The position numbers and the translations under genes are program-made. 64,000 bases of DNA from Guillardia theta CCMP2712 (lineage: Eukaryota; Protista; Cryptophyta), in the NCBI RefSeq assembly GCF_000315625.1, contig NW_005434664.1, positions 969,424 through 1,033,423 on the forward strand. The letters are read 5' to 3'. Of this stretch, positions 24,722 to 38,115 are shown one piece after another. Within the stretch, counting starts at the first letter, position 1; each line of letters opens with the position of its first letter. The notes under the pieces were generated by a model that did no database searches, had not been told where the DNA came from, and saw only the letters and a program-made list of their open reading frames with translations.

Positions 24722-26214
24722 ATGAAGATCCTTTGTTTACTCCTTGCCCTCTCTTCTTCTGTCGCCCAGGGAGCTATTGCGACTTACCAACATCAACACG
24801 TCAGAATTGCACTCCGGGCATGCACTCGCTTCTCCCCGTGTCAGCTCCGGTTGCGGACGCTGCGTCTCAATGGCGGAGCAGAAGTTAGTATCGACCAGCT
24901 GAAAGAGTTCCTTGCAGACAATCCTGTAGATCGTGAGGAGGAGGAGGCCAACCTGATGGCCTGGTTAGAGCAGGGAGACGAGAAGGGGGACTGCCCTCCT
25001 GTAGACGAGGATTTCAAGCAGGCCGTTGATAGAGCCTTGAAGATCTTCGAGCAGGAGATGATTGCACAAGGAAATCCAAACTGGAAAGCAGATTTGAGGA
25101 GAAGTCTGGGGAGCATCATTCCGGAGGCACTCAACACAACCATGAATCAAACAAGGCAGTCAATGAAGGAGGAGAAGCCCTCCAGCTCATTGAACCTTGG
25201 TTCTGTCTTTGTCAATGCGGCAAAACATGGAAATGTGACACAGATATACGACTGCCTGAAGCTTGGCCTAAAAGTCAACGTCAGGGCGTGCGAGGTATGG
25301 CGGCCTCTCTGTTGTCTAGCCAGGAATCTGATTCTGAATCTTCAGTACACCGGTTGGAGCCTCCTGCACTGGACCATCATGAGTGGCAAGGTTTGAGAAA
25401 GGAAATCGACTGAATCCTTGTGATGATTGCTGTCACGAAGGTGGATGCTGTCAAGCTCTTGATAAGTGCAGGTGAAGCATTGGTCAACCCATCGTCCTTT
25501 TTTCCCTGTGGCCCCTGCAATTTAGTGACGAACTCGTCCAGGGGCCAAGGTTGACGCAAAGAGCTTCAGTGGGCAGACGCCGTAAGAGCAACTTGGTTCG
25601 CGGTTGTCTTCCTGACGCTTCTTTTGTTCTCCTGACGCTAGTCTGCACATGGCCGTGCTCGAAAATCATCTGGAGATAGTCAGGGCTCTGATCTTGAACG
25701 AGGAAAGAGCATGTCGAGATGGAATCGGACTTTGACTCGTCCTTTGTCGCAGGCTGATGTCAATTGTCAAGACGACCAACGATGTACCCCCTTGCACCTC
25801 GCCGCTATGATGGGCCATGAAAAGATATGCACCTTACTGCTCAGGTCTGGGTTCTCTAGCTGAATGACTGCTTTCGTGTTCCCAGTTGTTTGCCCTTTGC
25901 CAATGTGATTGAACTTGCAGCTGTGGCGCCGACATTACGCTAAAGAATCAAGAAAAGGACACAGCTCGTGACGTGGCTAAGAAGAACACAATGAAGGAGA
26001 TCGTTGGGTTAGGGGCAGATGCATGATCTAGATCCTTCCTCTGACATAGTTTCAGATTGCTGGAAGAGTGGAGTGGCCGCGATAAAAGCATGTCAAAGTT
26101 GAGAGATGTGGAGATTATTTCAAACCCCGAGCACTAGCATTACGAGGAAAAGTCTTGAAATCATTTCAGAGACATTCATCAATATATGTCCAGAAGAGAA
26201 AGGATGAGAGATGA
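24722..26214 (+). CDS. Ankyrin-repeat protein with a signal peptide and LRLNGG presequence motif
   Basis: Begins MKILCLLLALSSSVAQGA...LRLRTLRLNGGA; ankyrin motifs YTGWSLLHWTIMSG, SGQTPLHMAVLENHLEIV and DVNCQDDQRCTPLHLAAMMGHEKI. The 3' end is approximate. Confidence 0.85.
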
Positions 26215-26374
26215 TAGATAAATGTTTTATTGTTAATAGTACAACGATCGTGGCATAAAGCCTCGATCATGATTGGAATTCAGATACCCAATCACCTTGA
26301 CAACTTTCGTGAATGAACTAAACATGGAAAATGAGGAATTGCCAGTGAGCACGTTGCCGTTCTTCTTCACCTTT

Positions 26375-26662
26375 CTAAATAATCGACCTTGCTTTAGCCA
26401 AGGCTAACTCAATATTCGTCATGCATTCTCGTCCGTCGCTATGTACGATGATCTTCTTCGAGCAGCGATCGGAGGAGCGATCGCCGGCTTGCACGACTTG
26501 GTTTCGTTGAGCAGAGAGTCTTCGTAGCTCAAAATCTTCCAGGTAGCGCTTCTGCTCGTGATTGAGCTTGAACATCTTCTTCTTTGTCCGCACATTCACG
26601 TTCTCCGAATACGAGAAAGTCACATTCGATTTCGCCGAGGGTGCACATGGGATCGATACCAT
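26375..26662 (-). CDS. Small intronless basic hypothetical protein (~95 aa)
   Basis: ORF MVSIPCAPSAK...LALAKARSII* in non-repetitive sequence. Confidence 0.5.
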   Translation of the reverse strand: MVSIPCAPSAKSNVTFSYSENVNVRTKKKMFKLNHEQKRYLEDFELRRLSAQRNQVVQAGDRSSDRCSKKIIVHSDGRECMTNIELALAKARSII

Positions 26663-28208
26663 GGTAATGGCGGAATGGAAAAACTCCTTCAAGGATCGTT
26701 TTTGTCGTGTGAACGACTCAGTTTGCAACGAAAAATGTTTGCAGTGGAGAGTGAGGGGCACAGCAGTGACAAGAGAGTGAGAAGAGGAGATGGAGGATGG
26801 ACACAAGATGGCTGAGCAAGAGCGTGGGAAGGAGTGGCGGGAGCAGTCAGGACGGGGAGGATTTTAAGGACTGGTGTTTATGGGGCGGTGCTGAAAAATA
26901 CGAATGGGGTTCGGTCGAAACAGGCAGGGGTGGGTGGAGCAGTGATTCAAGGTGGGGTGGTAGAGATTTCATTTCTCAATCTTTGATAGTACCCACCCCT
27001 ATTTTCCATACAATTACATATGGATCAAGAGGGGTACATCACCTGGATTCGAAGTGATGGGTTTTAGTTTGCGCACAACGGTAGAAGTCGGGGTGGGGTG
27101 GGGGTGAGAAAGGGGTGGGGTAGAGGTGATTTCTGAAGAAGGTTCACTGTGTCTAGTTTGAAAAAGAGACTTTTCAGCAAAACCCTCATGGAGCTGACAG
27201 TGAAACTGTGTCTATTTTTAGGGGTGCTTCCCTTACAGGTCAAGATGACTGGTTATGTCGCTGACACAAAGTTATCCCACACCCTACCCCCACCTCCACT
27301 TTTCTCTTCAGACTACCCCGTGTGCCCTGTAAGTGACAACACAAGGTCCTTAAGGCTGCTTCCACGTTGTGACTCTAATTTTAGGTCATGATCAGCACGG
27401 AGTGGTGGGAGATTCGAAACAGAGTATTTTCGAATTATCCTTTGCGTTGCAATGGCCCCCCTCTGAGATCACTTGAAGAAAAAAACACCCTACTTCAATG
27501 ACCCTCACAAGGCCAGGTCACGGCCTGGAATATTACCCTCTAAATTTCAAATTGTCGACTACCCTCAGGCAAATCTCCCATCACGTTTGAAAGCATTTCA
27601 GCATCTTCTCCTGAAAACAGCTGCACGCCCGCCTCCCCTCCCTTGCCTTTCCACAGGTCAATTCGCCTCTCCTGTAAGCCTCTCAGTGACCTCTACGTTT
27701 CCGTTTAGATGTGCCCCATTCCCGGTCAAGCTGACCTTGTTCCCGGTCACGTTACCGGGCCCACATTCGAGCAGTGGAGGAGCGAAGGGACTCAAGGAGA
27801 CGACGATGACGATGACGGCGACGATGACGGTCACGATCACAATGCAGCAGTCATGTCTCAGTGTCACTAGGTGTCGCCACATCACACGTGTTTGAGAGGC
27901 GGAAGGCATGTCAGGAAGGAGCTGGCCTCTTGTCGAGTAAGCAGGTGATGGGAAGATGGCTGTTAGATCTGGTTTAGGCGTTCTCTTGCACACAATCAAA
28001 CGTCACAGGTGTAATCGGTCAGGTAGTGAGCAGCAAAGAAGAAATGTAGAGCACCGAGATGGATGGCTAGACTAACACATTGACACACATCTCGCGCCTT
28101 CGAGCGGAGACAACCTCAGCATCTTTTGTTCATCAGGGACGCACCAGACAAGCTTTCCATGCTTGTGCTTCGCCCGCTTCCCTTCACCACTGCACGCATG
28201 CGTCCAGC

Positions 28209-28703
28209 TCGAGCACAAGGACATGGCAAACTTCAAGGAGAAAGCAGGTAACCAACATAGCGCAACAGCTTATCGCCCTTTCGTTGATCGGAGTAGATGA
28301 TAGCTACTCGGTTTTACTAGACGGAGATAGAAGAAGGAAAAAGTATGTCTCCGATGTAGAGGGGAGGAGAGCTGGAAGGGGGAGAGCATGTGAGATCTAG
28401 CGTAGACAATTTTGTTGCAACATGCTTTTTGCGCACTTGGTAATTGACGCATTGGGATGTCAACATGTAGCAGAGAGAAAGCATTCTTTACAACATTACC
28501 CGAAACACTTTTATGGTTGACCTGCTCGGCTTGTTTGAGCAACCAAGTGATCCCGCACTCGCTACAGGTGGATCCCCAAGAGAGAAAGAGGAAAGTTGGT
28601 GTTGCTAGTTTGTTTCCAGAAGTCAAATGAAGGACGACTGTTGCTTGTCTGATTGCTCGGAGCCTCCTTGATCCACTCTACATGATCTGCCCCTTCTCAT
28701 CTC

Positions 28704-28800
<97 letters not shown>

Positions 28801-29029
28801 CCCATTCTTTCCCTTCATGTCTAGCCTTCAACTTTGCCATTTCCTCTTCATCATTCCCGTTGACCCTCCTGGTCCTGATATGCTCCCAGCTTGGTTGTGT
28901 ACATGGTTCAACCCTCCCACGCCTCCTCCCTCCTTCCACGACAGGGTGAGGAGGCGAGCAGAGGACGGCAGGGGCAGCATGGCGGTGGGACCAGCGAGCC
29001 AGGGACTGGCAGGAAGGAGGGGCAGCTAA
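28209..29029 (+). CDS. Multi-exon hypothetical protein (5' end unresolved)
   Basis: Splice-compatible exons LEHKDMANFKEKA and EKAFFTTLPETLLW|WIPKRERG|NLQLCHFLFIIPVDPPGPDMLPAW|VRRRAEDG...RRGS*. Confidence 0.4.
28704..28800. repeat. (CTCCTG)n intronic hexamer repeat
   Basis: Directly visible. Confidence 0.95.
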
Positions 29030-29342
29030 ATAAATTTAAAAAAACTGAATCGGAGAACTTGCGAGGTCTAGGCGAGTGGGGAGGGGAGCATCGGCGGGGA
29101 GGGGAGGGAGGGGAGAAGAGGAGATAGGAGGGAGGGGAGGGGAGAGGGAAAGGAAGAAGAGGGGAGGGGAAGAGAGAGGAGAGGGGAGAGGGAGGGGGGA
29201 GACAGACTGCCATGGCAACCCTATGCTCGTTCCTCCCTCCTCTGCAAAATGAGAGGAACATGGGAGGATAGAGGAGGGAAATCGCGAGAGGATCGCAGGG
29301 TGGAGGTAGAGGACTCGGAGTATGCAGAGGACAAGAGGAAGC

Positions 29343-32300
29343 ATGCTGAGCATGAGGATGCTTTTGCTGGTGCTGCTGGCTGCAGCCTTCCAGGAGGGCC
29401 GAGGAAGGTGAGAGGAGGGCGGCAAGGAGCGCTTTGGCGGGGGTGACCTGCGGAGCTCAGGGAGTATGGCCTACTGGCAGAGGAAGGGCCAGACATTGTC
29501 ATCCTCCATCCTGCCAACGACTCTCTTGTCGAATGTCCGATGATGGTGAAGGATAGGAGAGGAGGAGGAGAGGGACTGGTGAACTGAGATGGCTCCAGAT
29601 CGCGTTTTACGTCTCCTCTTTCTGTGTACAGCGGCTGGGATCGAGGCTGACGGTAAGGAGGGAGGGAGAGTGGAAGCGAAGAGGGAGGGAGGGAGGGAGG
29701 GAGGAGGGAGGAGGAAGGAGAGAGGAGGAGGGAGGGAGGGAGGAGGAACAAGGGAGGGAGAGAGGGAGAGGGAGAATCAGGGAGGAGGGAGAAGAGGAGG
29801 GGATGAGCAGGGTCGCAGGGAGTCTACCTCTACCTCAACCAGGAGAAGATCCTCGAGTCGGACCTCCTGGTCCATGGCAACGACGGCAGCGCGCAGTATC
29901 ATGCGGTGAAGCATGCTTGCTGCGGGGGATGGCGAGGAAGGTTGACGGGCGAGCTGCAGGAGGTTCCACAACTACGCGCTGGGGTGTATGAGGTGCATGC
30001 GAGCTTGCGCATGAGGCAAGGGTCTGAGCACCTGTCCGCTCGAAGTGCTGTGACAACCTTCGAGGTCCATGCTGCTGCTACTTGATGATGCTCACGTTGC
30101 TCAGGTGCTTGCTCCTCTTCAGGAAGAGGAGGCAGGAGGGAGGGAGGGTGGAGAGGAGGAGGGAGAGCAGGAGGAGGCGGAGGAAGAGCTTGAGGGTAGG
30201 ATGTTCCGGCGTTGTGCGGCGAGAGAGGACGTCTGCAGGGAGGAGAAGATCAAGGTGAGATGTGATGAAGAGAAGATGATCCGATGATGGATGCCAGAGA
30301 TGGATGTCGTATGTGCTCGATCACTTTGAATGATGATGGTGATGTGTATGATGGGAGCAGTTCGTGCTGCAAGTAATGTTGATCTTGTTGATGATTATGT
30401 TGATGACGATGACGATCACGACGACGACGAAGACAATAGCACGTGTTGCCTAGAATGATTTTCCTTTACTCTCTTTCAAGGCGAGTTGCAACTGCACTGG
30501 AGACTGGTTCGGGGACGATTGTAACTACAACTTCATGGTCAACTCTTCGTATTTTCCAGGCATGACTGCGCATGCTCTTGAGACGTTAGTGATGTCGGTC
30601 GCAGTGCATCTCAAGAACACCCCATGTAGTTGCAGAAGAGTGTCAGAGTGGTACCAGGCAAGGAGGGTGTTGGAGGTAGGCTGTCAGGTAGATCTCCGTG
30701 AGATGTCTCAAACTTCTCGTTTGTTTGCTCTCCTCAGGCTCAGATCTTCAGCTTGCATCGAACTGATGGCTGCAACGCCCGCGATACTGTCGAGATATCC
30801 CTCGATGGAAAGGCAAAAGATTCCCATCCTACTGTTCTCCCCTGCTCCTCCCCTTGCTCCCTGCTCCCTGCTCCCTGCTCCCTGCTCCCTGCTCCCTGCT
30901 CCCTGCTCCCTGCTCCCTGCTCCCTGCTCCCTGCTCCCTGCTCCCTATCTCTGTTCCTCCTCTTCTTTCTTTCTTCCCCCCCCCCTCCCCGCGCTCCCTT
31001 CCTAACTTCTCCTCTCCCTCACTTTCGTCCTTCGACGCTTCTCCTTGCATTTCAGGCGTTGGGAGCTCAGATGCACTTCCTTGCTCTTGGATTGTCGGCA
31101 GCTCTCAGGAAGCAGAGAGCGCTTGTGTAAGTTCAACATGTCAACACATAATGAGCAGATGGAACCTTTGTTTTCATTCGCTCTTCACCTATCCGCCTTA
31201 CCTTTCCCCCCCCCCTCCCCCTCCCTCCCTCTCTCTCCCTCTCCCTCCCTCTCTCTCCCTCTCCCTCCCTCTCCCTCCCTCTCCCTCCCTCTCCCTCCCT
31301 CTCTCTCCCTCTCCCTCTCTCCCCCTCTCTCTCCGGTTANNNNNNNNNNNNNNNNNNNNNNNNNNNNNNNNNNNNNNNNNNNNNNNNNNNNNNNNNNNNN
31401 NNNNNNNNNNNNNNNNNNNNNNNNNNNNNNNNNNNNNNNTCTCTCTCCCTCTCGCTCCCTCTCGCTCCCTCACACTACCTCTCCCTCCCTCTCCCTCCCT
31501 CTACCTCCCTCTCTCTCCCTAAACCCTCTCTCCCCCTCTCTCTCCCTCTCCCTCCCTCTCCCTCTCTCTCCCTCTCCCTCCCTCTCCCTCCCTCCTTCCC
31601 TCTCTCCCACTCCCTCCCTCCCTCTTTCCTGCCTTCCTCCCGTCCTTCCTCCTCCTCTTTCCCTCACTCTGTCTCAGTCGATATCTATGTCTCTGACTCT
31701 CTGACTTCTCTCTCTCTTCCTCGCAGCTTCGACGAGGACCGCTGGCTCTACGGGCGGCATGAGAACTGTAAGGGAAGGGGAAGGAGATGCTTCTTTCTCT
31801 CGCTCTTCCCCTCCGGCTGCAGCAGGGACAGCATCCTTGCTGCTTCCAACTCCTCCATCTCAAGGACACGAGGATGGGAGGCTGAGGTTCATTCCCCCTC
31901 CTCCCTGTTCCCTGCTCCTCCCTCCTCCCACCACCCTCCTCCCTCCTCCCTTTTCTCTCCTTTCTGCTCCTTGCTCCCTCATTCGTCATAACGAGTTGCT
32001 GCAGCTACAATCTACCAAGGAGACCCACATTGATGTGATCACGACAGCAAGACATCTTCGGTAAAGAGACTCCAAGATGCGACGGAAAAGCGACAGGGGA
32101 AGGGGAAGGAGGGGAGGACAGAGAAGGGAGTGGAGGAGTAGAGTGGGGAAGGACGGAGGGGGGGCAGGCTGGGTAAGAGGATGCGGGAGACAATGAGTAC
32201 AGGGGAGGAGGAGGGGAAGAACGGAAGAGGACAGGCAAGAAGGTGGAAAGAAGGAGGAGAACGAGTTAGCTAACAGCTTGTTTCTGTCGCAGGGAGGGTC

Positions 32301-34635
32301 TTCTTCCCCCTCCTGCCTTCAGGTGATGCTGAATCCTTACTCGCATGTCTCTCACTCCTGCTCAGCCACCTCGGACTCTTCTGGTGGAGGTCCTCCCTGC
32401 TCTCGATCCTCACCAGGAAGAGGTAGAGGGAAACATGTCCAGCGCTGCAGCAGCTAACATGCGTCTCCTCTTTCTTTCCCTTCTCCTCCTGCTCCTCCTG
32501 CTCCACCTGCTCCTCCTGCCCCTTCTTCTGCTCCTCCTCCTCCTGCTCCTACTCCTGCTCTTGCTCCTCCTGCTTCTTCTTATCCTTGTCCTTGCCCTTG
32601 TCCTCCTCTCCCTTCTTTTTCTCGGCAGCTTTTACCTCGAATCGCTGCTGCGGGAGGCCAAGGCGAGCATGGGATGGCCAGAGGAGGAGAGGAGAGGAAT
32701 CCTGGGGGTGCACGTGAGGAGAGGAGACTCGTGCTTACATGCCGCCATGGTGAGAGATTTTTATGCTCTCCTTTCCCCCTCCCCTACTCCCAATCATCTT
32801 CCTCCTCTGTTAACGATCCTCCTCCACGTCTTCCTCCTCCTTCCTCCTTCCTCCTCCTCCTTCCTCCTGCCTCCTCCTCATGTTCATGTTTACAGTCTGC
32901 ATCGCGGCCCCTCTGCATGCCAACAAATCTGTACCTGAATGCGGTAAATGTCTTGCTCCTTCCTCCAACTCTCCTCCTCCTGTCTCCCTCCTCCTTTTCT
33001 GCCTCCCTCCTCCTCCTGCCTCCCTCCTCCTGCCTTCCTCCTCCTCCTGCCTCCCTCCTCCTGCCTCCCTCCTCCTGCCTCCCTCCTCCTGCCTCCCTTC
33101 TTCTGCCTCCCTCCTCCTCCTGCCTCCCTCCTTCCTCCTCCTCCTGCCTCCCTCCTCCTCCTTTCTTCTCTTCACCTTTGAGCATCTCTTCCCCCTTTCT
33201 TTCTCCCTACCGGTCATTCACTCTCGTTTCTCTTCACCTCTCGTCCTGCCCCCCTCCCCTCTCGTCCTCCCCCCTCCCTGCAACCCCACCCCTCTCTTGT
33301 CTATCACATCTGAAGAGTCGACTAGATTGCTACCATGGTCAGCAAGTACGAGTTCACTGCTATCTTCCTGGCTACAGACTCCAAGGTACTCCTTTCTCTC
33401 CTCCTCCTCCTCCTCCTCCTCCTCCTCCTCCTTCTCCTCCTCCTCCCTCCGATTTCTATACTACCTCCTCTCTGTCTCTTCCCTTCTCTTTGTTTTCCTG
33501 CTTTCCCTCCGCTTCTTCCTCCTTGTTCTTTTCCTTCTTCATGTCTTCTTTCCTCTCCTTTCCTTCTTTCCTGTTTCTTCAATCCCTCCTCTTTCTTCTT
33601 CTCTTCCTCCTCCTCCACGTCCACTTCCTCCTCCTCTTCTCCCAGCAGTCTAAACATCCCGGGAGCAGGAGGCGATCGAAGGGATGACGAGGTTTGCGAG
33701 GAAAAGAGGACTCAAGCTCGTGTACCAAAGGTTAGCAAGAAGGAGGTGGAGCAAGGAGGTTGGGGAAGAAGCAGAACGGAGGGAGGAGGGAGGAGGAGGA
33801 GGAGGAGGAGGAGGAGGAGGAGGAGGAGGAGGAGGAGGAGAGGGAACTTGAGAGTGGGAGGAGGGTGCGGCTGGTTGTGGTAGGAGGAGGCAGTCACTGC
33901 AGGACATGACGAGAGAAGCAGGTTCNNNNNNNNNNNNNNNNNNNNNNNNNNNNNNNNNNNNNNNNNNNNNNNNNNNNNNNNNNNNNNNNNNNNNNNNNNN
34001 NNNNNNNNNNNNNNNNNNNNNNNNNNNNNNNNNNNNNNNNNNNNNNNNNNNNNNNNNNNNNNNNNNNNNNNNNNNNNNNNNNNNNNNNNNNNNNNNNNNN
34101 NNNNNNNNNNNNNNNCTCGTCCTGCTCCTGCTCCTCTTACCTTTGCTGTCCGTTCTTCTCCTCTTTCTGCTGCTGATGCGTTTCCTCCTCCTCCTCTTGC
34201 TGCCTTTCGTTCTTGTCTCGTCTCCACTTGTCTTTCGTGCTGCTTGCATCCTATCCCTCTTTCCGTCCTCCATCTGACATCTCATTCTTCTTTCCCCAGC
34301 CTCCTCCTTTCATATCCGTCGATGGATACTCATGGGGGCGACATGCGCTGGTACAGACAGTCTTTCCTGCTCCTGCTCCTGCTTCTTCACCTTCACCTGC
34401 TCCTGCTCCTGCTTCTGGTCCTGGTCCTGCTTCTCCACCTTCACCTGCTCCTGCTCCTGCTTCTGGTCCTGGTCCTGCTTCTCCGCCTTCACCTGCTCCT
34501 GCTCCTGCTTCTGCTCCTGCTTATCCTGTTCACTTTTCTACCATCCCGTCTTGTTGCTCCTCCGTCGGTCTGCCAGCAACTCTGACTTGAGCTCAGGAGG
34601 AGATGTGGGAAGTGTCGCAAGAGCTTCTTCATTGA
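29343..34635 (+). CDS. Secretory-pathway GT23/FUT8-like fucosyltransferase with an N-terminal beta-sandwich-like region and an EGF-like motif
   Basis: Signal peptide MLSMRMLLLVLLAAAFQEGRG; CNCTGDWFGDDC (EGF-like); ALGAQMHFLALGLSAAL, LFWWRSSLLSIL, ILGVHVRRGDSC, IFLATDS and PPFISVD correspond to GT23 motifs. Two gaps lie inside. Confidence 0.78.
30855..30945. repeat. (CTCCCTG)n heptamer intronic repeat
   Basis: Directly visible. Confidence 0.92.
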
Positions 34636-35113
34636 CGGGAGGAAGAGGCAGGAGGAGGAAGGAGGAGGGAGGAAGAGGGAGGAAGAGGGAGGAAAAGGGA
34701 GGAAGAGGGAGGAGAGGGAGGAGGGAGGAAGGACGGAGGAGGGAGGAAGTAAGAGAGTACTGAAGTAGTACATTCCAATCATAAAGACTGAGAGAAAACC
34801 TGGCATCGTTGACTCAAAGCACCAGTTCGCTTCATTCGCACTTATTTTTCCTCATGGAAATCGCTTTTGTGAATCATGAAGTGAAGAAGATTGAAAGTTG
34901 AGACGTGAATCTCGAGTTCAATCATGACGAATTTACTTGTAATTCGATAGTAGTGAATAATTGATCATAGACGGTGTCTCGTCCAAAAGCCTTGTTCATC
35001 GTCACTACCATCGTTATGATGTCCATCATGGTAACAAATCATCATGGTAAAAAATCAAAAGATTTCTCATCATCATCGGCGGCATCAACGTCATGCTTTC
35101 GTCGTCATCTTCT

Positions 35114-37535
35114 TCAGTTATGGTCTTCATCGTGAATTTGATCCAATTCCGAACATGTCAGGATCGAAGGAAGCATTACCTGAAAGAAACAGTTAGTCAA
35201 AAAGTAGTCAAAAGGGGCAAAGGAGGAGGAGGAGGAGCAGGAGAGAAGAAAGAGGAGGAGGATAAGGAAGAGGACGATGTGGAGGAGGGGCCAGAGGAGA
35301 AAGAAGGGAAGCGAGGGGAGGAGGACGCACACGGGGAGGCGGAAAGGTTGGAGAAGGAAATAACAGCAAACGAACAAGACAGGAGGCAGCAGAGATCAAG
35401 ATCAAACAATCAATCATCAATGAAGTGATGGCGAGCAAACACAAATTTCCACCATCATGTCCACTTCAAGTGATAGCGAGCAAACACAAATTTCCACCAT
35501 CATGTCCACTTCAAGTGATAGCGAGCAACACAAACATAGCCAACAGGAACAAGACAATCGTCGATCGACATCTCACCTCCATGAGGAAATGGTGGAGGAT
35601 AAAAGCAGTCAGGCCCCACACCCGATGCTTGCCAGACACAAAGGCCGGCATCATGTTGCTTTTTTTTTTTTTTTTTTCNNNNNNNNNNNNNNNNNNNNNN
35701 NNNNNNNNNNNNNNNNNNNNNNNNNNNNNNNNNNNNNNNNNNNNNNNNNNNNNNNNNNNNNNNNNNNNNNNNNNNNNNNNNNNNNNNNNNNNNNNNNNNN
35801 NNNNNNNNNNNNNNNNNNNNNNNNNNNNNNNNNNNNNNNNNNNNNNNNNNNNNNNNNNNNNNNNNNNNNNNNNNNAATGAAGATGTTGAAAAGGGAGCCG
35901 GGAAAAGAGGGGAGCGGGTTGAAGGAGGGAAGGAGGGACGGAAGCGGCAGTGGAGATGCGAGGGAGGGAAGCGGAAGGGGAGAGGGGGAGAAGGGCAGGG
36001 AAGGGAAGTGGGAGGTGAGGTGAGGGGAGGGGAGGGGAGGGAAGGGAGGGGGGAGGGGAGGGCAGGGCAGGGCAGGAAAGGAGAAGGGGAGGGCAGGGAA
36101 GGGAAGGGGGAAAAAGAGGGAGGGAATTCTCTCACCATGCATTCATCGGAGAGGTCTAAATGTCCTCCAGGAAAACAGACCTTCATGACAAGCGATCAGG
36201 CTGATGCTTGTTTGCCTCACCGCTATCGCAAGCGGGAAAAGGAAACGAGGAGAAGCGAAGGCAGAGGTTGAAGAAACAAGGGCCAGGAGAGGATGAGGGC
36301 AGAGACAGAGAGAGAGGGAGAGGGAGGGAGAGGCAGAGGGAGGGAGAGGGAGAGGGAGGGAGAGGCAGAGGAGGAAGAGGGGGAGGGGGAGAGGGAGAGG
36401 AGGGAGAGGAAGAGGAGGAAGAGGGGAGGGGAGAAAGAAGGATAGACGTACTTGGCCTTTGTGCGTGCTGACATTATGAGATCTCAAGTTCAAAAGTACC
36501 GAAGGCTTCGAGTCCACAACACACAGCGGAAGCATAACCGCAGCTCTGCGACTTGATGGTCAAGAGAGGGACGACGTACATGAGACCAAGAGGGGAGGAG
36601 GAAGGGAATAACCTCCTGCCGGTGTGGTAGTGAGACTCGATTCTCTTTTTGGGCAGTTCAGACATCCTCTCGGCAATCGTGGAGAGCATTGAGTGCGTGA
36701 ATTCAAGCTTGCTCAGCCTGCAGCAGTGCGTGATCAGGCTCAAGGGGAGGGAGAAGGACCAGAGAGAGGCGGGTGAAGAGAGGGGCAGGAACAGAGACAG
36801 AAGAACATACAGGAGACAAAGACAGAGACAAGAGACAGAGACAGAGACAGAGACAGAGACAGAGACAGCCTCGAAGGCAGCAAGGCAAGAAGGAGGAGGA
36901 GACGAGAGAGAAGGGGAGGAGGGACGGGGAGGAGGAGGGAGGAGGGGAGGAAGGAGGAGAAGAAAGGAGGAGGAGGAGGAGGAGGAGGAGGAGGAAGACT
37001 CTCAGCCTGTCGTCTTACCTCTGCATCAACCTCACTTCAAGGTGATGAGGAAGAGGCTTCTTGGGCCAAGACCCCAGGTCGTACTAGGACATGTGAGCGC
37101 GGTGACGGCGGCATGGCACAGCAGCATACGCACCTTGAGCCTCTGCCGATAGTCGATGCCGTGCTCATGGTCCGGCAGCCAGCGAGCAGGAGGGATCCAC
37201 CTCGGAAGTTGATGATCGCTCTTCCTCCTCGACGACTTGTCGTGCTGCTGCTGGAGATGGTTGTGCAGGTGGTTGGGATGGCGGTGGAGGTCATGCTGTT
37301 GTTGGTGGAGATGGTTGTCATGATGGTGCAGGTCGATATGCTCGCTCCGCTCATGGTGCGCGCTGTTGCGCATTCGCCCGTCATGCCGATCCGAGGTGGT
37401 TGAGTGAGAGCTCCGGAGGCCGACGATGGGGCAAGGCGAGGTAACGATGGTGTTCCAGCGGTACATCCGAGGTGCCCTGGTGGCAGGGGGCAAGAAATTC
37501 ATGGTCATGCGTGGATCACGAAAGAATTTCGGCAT
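35114..37535 (-). CDS. Nudix hydrolase of the CoA-pyrophosphatase (NUDT7/NUDT8-like) family with a long N-terminal extension
   Basis: RAAVMLPLCVVDSKPSVLLNLRSHNVSTHKGQ|VCFPGGHLD and HRVWGLTAFIL are family signatures. Most of the Nudix box falls in gap 35679-35875. Start uncertain. Confidence 0.85.
35423..35528. repeat. ~45-bp tandem repeat, about 2.3 copies, in a Nudix intron
   Basis: aagtgat(a/g)gcgagcaaacacaaatttccaccatcatgtccacttc is repeated. Confidence 0.9.
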
Positions 37536-37959
37536 CCCTGAATGCTCTGATCCCAACGCTTCATCTGCTCATCCTGCCGACAAACTCAGAATAATGTAGA
37601 TGCTCATGTCATTCAGTGTTCCCCACTCGACTCAACCGCATAACTGAAAAGGATGAATCGAGCCGACTCATCACTGTGTGAAGAAAAATATCCTCCACAA
37701 CATCATCAACTTCCCAACCCGCCTATCGTCCACGCCTGTCGTCCTCTAGTAGCAGAATGAAGGAGTCCCAACCATATGAATCGCTTCTCCCTCCATTGAA
37801 CATCCCTTCTCTCATCTGATCCTCTCCTCCTTCAAGAAATGGTCATGGTAACGATCTTACATCCTCTCTCTCTCGCGCTCTCTTCTCATCCGCCATTCCT
37901 CCTCTGCATCCCTCTACTCACCTCCCACTCGCCATTTCAGAGGTCATCATAGCTGACGC

Positions 37960-38115
37960 CCCTCATCCACCCTGTGCCAGCCGGCCTCAGAGCCGGACTT
38001 TTAGTGGCCCGGCCGTGGCCAGACGGTGACTGCGCCGGAGACTGTGCCGGCCCGACGGTAGCCGGCCGGCACGGCCCGCCTTTGACTGTCAGAGAGCGGC
38101 GCGCGAGGGTTATGA
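37960..38115. promoter_or_regulatory. Short GC-rich island upstream of the Nudix gene
   Basis: Rich in ccgg, gtgac and gactg like the other islands. Confidence 0.4.
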
